Below, piece after piece: positions 54,021-64,000 of a stretch of 64,000 nt of DNA. The notes under the pieces were generated by a model. It did not search any database. It saw only the letters and a list, made by a program, of their open reading frames with translations, and was not told the DNA's origin. Numbering within the stretch: the first letter of the stretch is position 1; every line of letters begins with the position of its first letter. The stretch is from Eledone cirrhosa (lineage: Eukaryota): the NCBI GenBank assembly GCA_964016885.1, contig OZ024763.1, forward strand, positions 12,958,001-13,022,000, in the 5' to 3' direction. A program made the position numbers and the translations under genes.

Positions 54021-55649
54021 TTAACCCTTTAGCATTTACATTACATTTACTGTTGTATTCCATGGAACATAACTTAACAAAGGTTCTTGCATAAAATCAG
54101 GATCGATGTTTTTTTAGATAAATATAAATACTTTGACCCTTTATCATTTACATTACTCTATATTTACTATTATATTTTCATGGTAAATACTTTATTTCAC
54201 ATAATTATCTCACATAATATTGAATCTATAAGATTTTGATATTATTTATTTTCAGAACAATACCTCAACGTCGGTATGAGTGGCCAGTGATGGCCAGTTT
54301 GAACTGAAAGAGATGAGAAAATTCTGGCTGGATATGGCCGGTTTAAATGCTAAATGGTTAACCCTTTCCTTACCATATTTCTAATGAGAGACACTGTCTA
54401 TAATGTTGAAATTATTTTGAAAATAATAAATTTAGTAATATAACTAACCTTCTCATTGTTAAACTGGTGTTTGGAACATAACTTAACAAAGGTTCATACA
54501 TAAAATTATGACGGAAGGTTTATAGATAGATATAGACACTTTAACTCTTTCATTATCATATTTCTAATGAAAGACACTGTCTATGATGTTGAAATTATTG
54601 CGAAAATAATAAATTTAGTACATTGTTAAACTGGTGTTTGGAACATAACTTAACAAAAGTTCTTACATAAAATTATGATGGAAGGTTTGTAGATAAATAT
54701 AAACACTTCAACTCATTTATTTCCATATTTCTATTGAAAGACACTGCCTGTGGATTTCAAATAACTTTGAAAATAATAAATAATTTATTAAGCTGGTGTT
54801 TGGAACTTAACAAAGTTTTTTACATAAAATTATATTAGAAGTTTTCCTTAGATAAATATAAATATTTTAGAATTTATATTTATAATACTTAACAATTTGG
54901 ACAGATATAATAATATAACTAACTTGCTTATTATCAAGTTGTTGTTTGGAACATAACTTATCAAAAGTTCTTACATAAAATTATGATGGAAGATTTTTAG
55001 ATAAATATAAACACATTAACCTTGTTATTTCCATATTTCTAATGGAAGACACTGTTGGTGTTAGGAACATAACTTAACAAAGGTTTTTAGATAAATATGA
55101 ACACTTTAACCCCTTTATTTCAATATTTCTAATGAGAGACACTGCCTATGATTTTCAAATAATTTTGAAAATAATTAAGAATTTGGACAAACTTAGTAAT
55201 ATAACTAAAACTTTCTCATTATCAAGTTACATAAAACAGAAGTGAAAAATAAGGAGAAATATGTATATATTGAACCAAGAAAGTATAAACTTTTAACTCT
55301 ACAAAATACTTCAGCAATGCTGGTATAGTCACTGCCACCATCTCTCTCACTCTCCCCATCTCTCACTATTATAAACAAATGAGGGCCGATGTGCTGGCCA
55401 CCTCGTGGCCCCGGCGGACAGAATAGAGAAGGCGTTTCCCCGGCAGATGGTGAGGGAGAAATGTTGGAAGAGTCATTCCAACTCGCAGGGCTCACACCTG
55501 TGGGTAGCCAACTCCATGCCGATGGTGGTGAGTAGAGAGGTGGGCCTACAATGGAAAGTTTTTAGTTAAATATAAACACTTTAAAACGATCAGTTCTGTG
55601 TTGTAGAAAGAGGGGTAGTCTATGATATGTTGATATCAAAAGGGTTAAA
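54021..55649 (+). mobile_element. Cluster of piggyBac-like MITEs (families 1 and 2) in tandem
   Basis: Repeated ttaaccctt/ttaactctt starts, ggaacataacttaacaaaggttcttacataaaattatg core, aaagggttaa end. Confidence 0.7.
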
Positions 55650-55887
55650 GGAGAACTGTTTTATACCAATTTCTATATTTATCACTAAACATCTTTGCTG
55701 TGTAGCCTTGTGTGTGTAGCATGTATGTTGTGTGTAGCCATATATGTGTTGTGTGTTCCCTACTTTACTTTCTCTTAAAATATGTGTGTGTACTCATTTA
55801 TATATATATGTGAATTGTATATTTCTCACTTTACTTTCTGTTAAACTGTGTATGTTGCGTGTGTATACATTTATGTGTGTGTGTACA

Positions 55888-56296
55888 CGACGTGTTGATC
55901 GGGTACCTCCCGCCAGTCTTCGTCTTCGTCTGAATCTTCGACCCCTTCCTTCAGTGCTTCTGCAACGGCGCTTGAGATGGTTTGGTCACGCGGCCCGGCG
56001 CCCTGAGGGTGAGCTGATCCGCGATGTTCCCCTCCCACCTCCACTCCCTAACTGGCGCAAGTGCGTTGGCGGGCAGCTGAAGACCTGGGCAACGGCGATT
56101 AAGGAGGACCTCTCCTCCGAACTCTCACGTCCGCAGGTGGTCGGCCTGCGCCGATGGAACCGTGACTGGCTCGCTATCTCCAATGACCTAGCCCGAGACC
56201 ATCGTGCATGGGTTGCCATGGTTCGGGATGCCGTCAGGACAAGGGAAGAAGCCGGCTCAACCCGTCCAGGGTGAATGTCGACACAAGTACAAGTAC
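55888..56296 (+). mobile_element. 5'-truncated RTE LINE
   Basis: LLQRRLRWFGHAARRPEGELIRD...GGQLKTWATAIKEDL...ARDHRAWVAMVRD*, (caagta)n tail. Confidence 0.9.
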
Positions 56297-56909
56297 ATGT
56301 ACACATTCTTTCCTTTTCTTTCTGTGAAAATGTGTATCTTGTATGTATACACATTTATGTGCGTGTTGTGTGTGTACACATTTATGTGTGTGTTGTGTGT
56401 GTACACATTTATGTGTGTGTTGTGTGTGTACACATTTATGTGTGTGTTGTGTGTGTACACATTTATGTGTGTGTTGTGTGTGTACATATTTATGTGTGTT
56501 GTGTGTGTACATATTTATGTGTGTGTTGTGTGTGTACATATTTATGTGTGTGTTGTGTGTGTACACATTTATGTGTGTGTTGTGTGTGTACATATTTATG
56601 TGTGTTGTGTGTGTACACATTTATGTGTGTGTTGTGTGTGTACATATTTATGTGTGTTGTGTATTCCTTGCTTTACTTTCTGTTAAAATATGTGTTGTGT
56701 GTGAACACATATGTGTGTTGTGTGTGTACACATTTATGTGTGTGTGTGTGTTGTGTGTGTACACATTTATCTGTGTGTTGTTTTGTATTCCTCACTTGAC
56801 TGTCTGTTAAAATGTGTGTGCTGTGTGTGTACACATTTATATGTGTGTGTTGTGTGTGTACAAATTTATATGTGTGTGTTGTGTGTGAGTGTGTGTGTTG
56901 TATACTGCA

Positions 56910-57672
56910 ATGTGTTTCTATGTGTTGCTATGTACTCCTATGAGTTGCTATGTATTGATATGTGTTGCTATGTACTGCTATGTTTTGCTATGTATTGATA
57001 TGTGTTGCTATGTATTGATATGTGTTGCTATGTATTGATATGTGTTGCTATGTATTGATATGTGTTGCTATGTACTGCTATGTGTTGCTATGTACTGCTA
57101 TGTGTTGCTATGTACTGCTATGTGTTGCTATGTATTGATATGTGTTGCTATGTATTGATATGTGTTGCTACGACTTGCTATGTACTGCTATGTACTGCTA
57201 TGTATTGCTATGTATTGATATGTGTTGCGATGTACTGCTATGTGTTGCTATGTACTGCTATGTGTTGCTATGTGTTGCTATGTATTGATATGTGTTGCTA
57301 TGTATTGATATGTGTTGCTACGACTTGCTATGTACTGCTATGTACTGCTATGTATTGCTATGTATTGATATGTGTTGCTATGTACTGCTATGTACTGCTA
57401 TGTACTGCTATGTATTGCTATGTATTGATATGTGTTGCGATGTACTGCTATGTGTTGCTATGTACTGCTATGTGTTGCTATGTATTGATATGTGTTGCTA
57501 CGTGTTGCTATGTATTGCTGTGTTGCTAAGTGTTACTACGAGTTGCTAAGTGTTGCTGTGTTGCTAAGTGTTACTACGAGTTGCTAAGTGTTGCTACGAG
57601 TTGCTAAGTGTTGCTATGCGTTGTATATTTATTTACTGCTATGTGTTGCTATGTACTTCTATGTGTTGCTAT
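56910..57672. repeat. 10-bp minisatellite
   Basis: Units tgtgttgcta / tgtactgcta / tgtattgata. Confidence 0.95.
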
Positions 57673-57759
57673 ACAGGGCATCATGTCAGCAACTCAATGC
57701 AGCATCATTGTTGACACTTGATGCCGGAACCAGGATGTGGTTTACCACAGATTACCATA

Positions 57760-58540
57760 TGGTGGTGGTGGTGGTGGTGATGATGGTGATGGTGGTGGTG
57801 CTGGTGGTGGTGATGGTGGTGGTGGTGGTGATGGTGGAGATGGTGCTGGTGGAGATGGTGGTGGTGGTCTTGGTGGTGATGGTGGTGGTGGTGGTGATGA
57901 TGATGGTGATGGTGGTGGTGCTGGTGGTGGTGATGGTGGTGATGGTGCTGGTGGAGATGGTGGTGGTGGTCTTGGTGGTGGTGGTGATGGTGGTGGTGGT
58001 GGTGGTGGTGGTGGTGGTGATGGTGGTGGTGGTGGTGCTGGTGGTGATGGTGGTGGTGGTGATGGTGGAGATGGTGGTGGTGGAGATGGTGCTGGTGGTG
58101 GTGGTGATGATGGTGATGGTGGTGGTGATGGTGCTGGTGGTGGTGGTGATGATGGTGATGGTGGTGGTGATGGTGCTGGTGGTGATGGTGGTGGTGGTGA
58201 TGGTGGAGATGGTGGTGGTGGAGATGGTGCTGGTGGTGGTGGTGATGATGGTGATGGTGGTGGTGATGGTGCTGGTGGTGATGGTGGTGGTGGTGATGGT
58301 GGAGATGGTGGTGGTGGTCTTGGTGGTGGTGGTGATGGTGGTGGTGGTGGTGGTGGTGATGGTGGTGATGGTGGTGGTGATGGTGGTGGTGGAGATGGTG
58401 GTGGTGGTGATGATGGTGATGGTGGTGGTGATGGTGCTGGTGGTGGTGGTGATGATGGTGATGGTGGTGGTGATGGTGCTGGTGGTGCTGGTGGTGGTGG
58501 TGATGATGGTGATGGTGGAGATGGTGGTGGTGGTGGAGAT
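57760..58540. repeat. (GGT/GAT)n array
   Basis: Trinucleotide repeat open in most frames. Confidence 0.92.
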
Positions 58541-58579
58541 AAGAGAAGGATATATATATATATATCATCATCATTTAAC

Positions 58580-58616
<37 letters not shown>

Positions 58617-59777
58617 TAGATAGATAGAGAGAGAGAGAGAGATAGAGAGAGCGAGAGAATTCTAGAAGATGTCAAATTATTGAGCAGATGTTTCAGTTCC
58701 ATATAATACCCCCACCCCCCCACTTCTGGCCCATTCCACCACCCCCATCGCCATTGCCAAAGTTATATTACTGACATGGATACCATATATCACAGTCTAC
58801 CAGACTCCACTACACCGCACCACCACATCACACCCTCCACTACACTGCACCCTCCACTACATTGCCCCACCACACTGAGACACTAGGTTTTACAGAAAGA
58901 GAGGTACATCACCTTTCATATCCACCAACACCACCACCAGCACCACTAACACCACCACAACTAACACCACTAAAACCACCACCAATGTCACCACTGCAAT
59001 TACTATTAAATACTATCACCATCATCACCACCATTATACCATCACCAGTACCCCTGTCATTACTATTAAACACCACCATTATACCACCAGAACCATCACC
59101 AGTACCACCACCACCACCATTATACCACCAGAACCAACACCAGTACCACCACCACCACCACCGTTGTACCACCAGAACCATCACCAGTACCACCACCACC
59201 ACCATTATACCACCACCACCACCACAACCACCATTATACCACCAGTACCACCACTATCTTTACTATTAAAAGCCACCACCATCACCACCATTATATCACC
59301 AGAACCATCACCACCATTATACCACCATAACCATCACCAGTACCACCACCACCACCATTATACCACCACCACCACAACCACCAGTACCACCACTATCTTT
59401 ACTATTAAAAGCCACCACCATCACCACATCATAGCCTAGTAAGATTATAGGTGCATATGTCTTCCTTTCCCCCCACCCCTTCTCCAGACATAGAATCACA
59501 TATTCCTCCCTCACCACCACCCTCCACTTCCACAGCCTCCACCCCACCACTCACTACCATCAACCGACATTTGGTTTGTTTTCATACATACCAATGGTGG
59601 GTGGTGAGCGAGACTCAGTGACAGGATGGTATGTCAGGATGGTATATCTATCTATGAAGCTAGCAATCTCTCTCTCTATCTATATCTATCTATCTGTCTG
59701 TTTATTTATCTACCTATCTATCTACATATGTGTCTTATCTATCTATCTATCTATCTATGTATCTATCTATCTACCTG

Positions 59778-59812
<35 letters not shown>

Positions 59813-59814
<2 letters not shown>

Positions 59815-60125
59815 GAAAGGTGGGTGAAAGTGGCGAGATTGGGCCTTCTCTCTATATCAGCCTGTAGGTTGAGGGAAAAGAGGAAGAGAGGAAAGGGGTA
59901 CCCACTCTTCGGACTCCTGGAGATGAGGGTTGCACATTTTTTCGGGGGTATGTGTTATCCATATGTAATGTCTCCCCCTATTGGGGAAAATCGATTAACT
60001 TTTCAATTGCATTTGTGATAATATTTTACACGATTTTATTGTATGTAAACTTCCCCCTTTGTATTTGTCCCCTTCTTTTGTGCCCCTGTGGCTAATAAAG
60101 AAACATATCTATAAATAAAGAAACA
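59813..60125 (+). mobile_element. Tx1/L1-like LINE 3' end in (TCTA)n
   Basis: ERWVKVARL-like ORF end, then a UTR ending aataaagaaa; flanked by tetranucleotide repeat. Confidence 0.55.
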
Positions 60126-60144
60126 TATCTATCTATCAGTCTAT

Positions 60145-60605
60145 TTGTTTGAGTGGTTATCATTTCTGAGACGAGCTCTTCCACAACTCGTCTCGCTAAC
60201 AGAGCTGCAGTCCTGGGTCAAGCGAAGACCGAAAATGGACGCCTGGCACCTCGAGTGCCTTCACGTGCTCATGGCCCTCTGCCAAGCGGAAACGGCAATC
60301 AGCAGAGACTCCACTTCGACATTCCATAGGGGATTTGTGGAGGATAAGTGCGACAACGTTCTCGGGGAAACTCTAGGCATTGAAGAGGACGAACCTACCA
60401 GTCTGTTTGGAAGGACTTTCCATCCAGGGCCTATAGATGACTTCCAGAGGTCTCTGGCCTGGCAGTGCTACCAAGGAGCTCTATCAGTTTCAGACAAAAT
60501 CTACAAGCACAGACGCCCTGGCAGAGCTCCTGCCAAAAGGACCTGTCCAAGATGCGTGCAGGACATCGAAACTGTTCTGTATGCAATTGTTCAGTGCTCA
60601 GTAAT
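60145..60605 (+). mobile_element. Tx1/L1-clade LINE ORF2 C-terminal fragment (zf-RVT-like)
   Basis: FQRSLAWQCYQGALSV...TCPRCVQDIETVLYAIVQC resembles the W....L...C..C....ET..H....C zinc knuckle (His lost). Confidence 0.75.
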
Positions 60606-61482
60606 GCAGTAACAGCATTCAATAAAAATAAAAATAATAATTATGGTTTCTGATTTAGGCACAAGGCCAGCAATTTGAAGGGTAGGAGAAAGTCGATTAA
60701 ATCAACCCCAGTACATTACTGGTGCTTTATTTTATTGACTCCGTAAGGATGAAAAGCAATACTATCCTCAGTGGGATTTGAACTCTGAATGTAAAGAGCC
60801 AAAACTCTATGCTGCAAAGCATGGACAATATGTTTTGTGACATATAGTTATGACCTTTTATGTTCTGAGTTCAAATCCCACCAAGGTTAACTTTGCATTT
60901 CAACCTTATGAGGTCGATAAAATAAAGTACCAGTAATACACTGGGGGAATTGCTGGCCTTGTTCCAAAAGTAGAAACAATTATTATTTGACAGTTTCATG
61001 CAAGTTCCTGAGGTGTGTACAGCATTGTGCAGTCTTGTTTTTTCTGGTGGTGGTGGTATTGGTGGTGCTGGTGGGGGCAGTAGTGGTGATGGTGGTGGTG
61101 GTAGTGGTGTTGGTGGTGGTATTGTTGGTGGTGTTAGTGGTAGTGGTATTGGTGGTGATGCTGATGGTGGTAGTGGTAGTGATGGTGGTGGTAGTTGTGG
61201 TGGTGGTGGTAGTGGTGGTAGTAGTGGTGGTGGTAGTGGTAGTTGTGGTGGTAGTGATGCTGATGGTGGTAGTGGTGGTGGTAGTGGTGGTGGTGGCAGT
61301 GATGGTGGTGTTAGTGATGGTGGTGTCGATTGTAATAAATACTCCCCCTGTTAGTGTACGACATCAGTCATATTTTGTTACGGGAGGTTTCACCTGTTGT
61401 TTCTGGTATTATTTCAGTCTTTCTTCTGATGTGTGTGACAGGTGTTGTGTGTGTTATTTAATTAGATGTCAACCTTGTGGAA

Positions 61483-62206
61483 CAGGGGTTCTCCAAGTGA
61501 GTGCTACCACTCCCCGGGGGCGTTGAGAAGGTCCAGGGGCCTAAGAGATGATATAATAGTATATTAACCCTTTAGCATTTACATCACTGGTGTTAGGAAG
61601 GGCATCCAACCAGTGTTTCAATGCCAAAACAATTATGAGCACAGCAACAAATATATACTATGTTAGGGCTGCGCACGGTAGTCGGGTGGCTGGTTCAGCC
61701 ATGTGCGAGAACCCCCCCGACCGTCTTCAAGCAATCGCACTACAGGAAAAGAAACAACGATCGTCCCCCCCTTGCAAGCAGGAAAAAGCAGACGTAAAAT
61801 GATGATGATGATGATGATGATTACTCTAGATATACTATTATATTTTCATGGTAAAGGCTTAATTAACCTCACATAATATCGAATCTATGAGATTTTGATA
61901 TTATTTATTTTGAGAACAACACCTTAACATAAGTATGAGTGGCCGGTTACGGCCGGTTTGAACAGAAACAGGTGAGAGAATTCTGGCCGGATATGGCCGG
62001 TTTAAATGCTAGATGGTTAAATATCAAATTATATAGATTATATATAAATATACTAAGATAAAAAATATATAATATTTATACATAGTATCATCATCATCAT
62101 CATCATCATTTTACGTCCGCTTTTTCCTGCTTGCAAGGGTGGGACGGGAACTGATTCTAGCTTGATTTCTACAGCTGGATGCCCTTCCTAAGTTTGAGAA
62201 CCTCTG
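61483..62206. mobile_element. hAT-Charlie-like MITE with nested insertions
   Basis: TIRs CAGGGGTTCTCCAAGT / AGTTTGAGAACCTCTG; contains piggyBac-like MITE 61568-62016 and two RTE-type tails; TSD not preserved. Confidence 0.6.
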
Positions 62207-63022
62207 CTTTACTGGGTATCAATCCGATACAGTATATGCTGTGTTGTTTAATTGGGAGTCAATCTTGTAGATTATATGTTGTGTGGTTTTATTTCATTGA
62301 GTGATTATTATATAAGATGTGTGCTCTGTGTGAAGATAGTTCTGTTTGAGCTGAGGCACTGAATCAATAATCTCTTGTGCAGGGTGTAGGCTCTCTGTAA
62401 AGTGGTCATGTAGGTGTCAACAAAAAGCACCCAGTCCACACTGTAAAGTGGTCATGTAGGTGTCACAACAAAAAGTACCCAGCCCACACTGTAAAGTGGT
62501 CATGTAGGTGTCACAACAAAAAGTACCCAGCCCACACTGTAAAGTGGTTGTGTAGGTGTCACGACAAAAAGTACCCAGTCCACTTTGTAAAGTGGTTATG
62601 TAGGTGACACGACAAAAAGCACTTTATTTCATTGAGTGATTATTATACAAGATGTGTGCTCTGTGTGAAGATAGTTCTGTTTGAGCTGAGGTACTAAATC
62701 GATAATCTCTTGTGCAGGGTGTAGGCTCTACCTTGCAGAGATATCTCTTTGACAATGTGTAGTGTTCTGAAACCTGATATGGCATCTAGGTTTTTGTTCA
62801 TATATATTTTTATCATACTTATTATTATTATTATTATTATTATCATCATTATTAGTGTTATTACTATTATTATGTTTGAAATGTATAGTGTTTTATCAGA
62901 TGTGTCGTATCATCTATTATGTTTTGAAAGAAATATGTATATATATATACTATGTTTGTTTATGTTGTAGAGGGAAAATAGCTGAAAAATTGTGAATGTT
63001 TGTGTAATACACGCCTCACATA

Positions 63023-63076
<54 letters not shown>

Positions 63077-63111
63077 CATACACACATATATATATATATA
63101 TACATGTATAT

Positions 63112-63142
<31 letters not shown>

Positions 63143-63147
63143 CATAT

Positions 63148-63194
<47 letters not shown>

Positions 63195-63359
63195 TATATA
63201 TGTATATCATCACATAACAATTAGCATACCCTGAATACCCAACCCTGTAAATTGATGTGTATATATATATACTGGTTCCTATTACCCACTCTACTACCTC
63301 AAGTATTGAGTACTTTGGTGCGTTATGGTCCACCTGGTTCCTTACCACATTTCCTTTGT

Positions 63360-63390
<31 letters not shown>

Positions 63391-64000
63391 GCATATATAT
63401 TGTCATCTGAGTGTGAATCACAATTATGGAAGAATGAGCACTAGGTATGTAAAGATAGAGGTACTTTATATTACTTAAAATACCCATACCCAGAAGCATA
63501 TATATATTTTTTCACAAAGGCTGAAGATTGATGGTTCACACTAGATTAATCTGCTATGAGTTATCAGATACCCCCATGAAACTCTGAGTACCATTGAAAA
63601 CATCTGCTTAGTTACCATGTATTTTAAGTAATATATATTTATATATACACACACACATATACCTTCTATATATCCTAAACAAAACCCAAGATAAAATTAA
63701 AACTAAAATCAAACTACCAGAGATACACCATGTATCATAAAACAGCACCAAGTTACACAACACACACAGAAAATTAACACCAAACACAAACACACACATA
63801 CACACAAACATACACAGGCACATATATTTATTATATTTTTTATGGCTGATCCAGAGGCCTGTTACTCAGTAGTTCCCTCTGCATACTACATGTTCCTCAA
63901 ACAGTTAAACACTGGATACACTGAGGAGTAAGTTTAGTCTAACACCAAATTAAGCAGAAGCAAATCAAAGTTCAACGTTCAAATGAGACTCAAATGATTG

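Noticed and set aside
57737-58603. Gly/Asp-rich ORF as a structural protein
   Set aside because: Pure GGT/GAT repeat with no signal peptide or convincing splice context

Overview
This is AT-rich, repeat-saturated animal DNA. The SINE, RTE and microsatellite mix most resembles an octopod cephalopod (inference from repeat-family recognition, no search run). No complete gene is visible, and nearly all listed ORFs are translations of simple repeats. The window looks like long introns containing: (i) a chain of short, mostly phase-compatible exon candidates on the minus strand (best at 47302-47367 and 17707-17852, plus an 18-nt microexon and a possible recursive splice site); (ii) two tRNA-derived SINE families, several RTE LINE 3' fragments, a Tx1/L1-like fragment and a Penelope GIY-YIG remnant; (iii) non-autonomous DNA transposons (mariner-like, Tigger-like, piggyBac-like, hAT-Charlie), several seeding minisatellites. 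The most striking signal is a dispersed set of about 10 hammerhead-ribozyme motifs of the kind carried by Penelope-like elements. Four have readable stems I-III. A variant family has a ~60-nt stem II and occurs once alone and once as an inverted pair. All structures were read by eye and exon calls are tentative.
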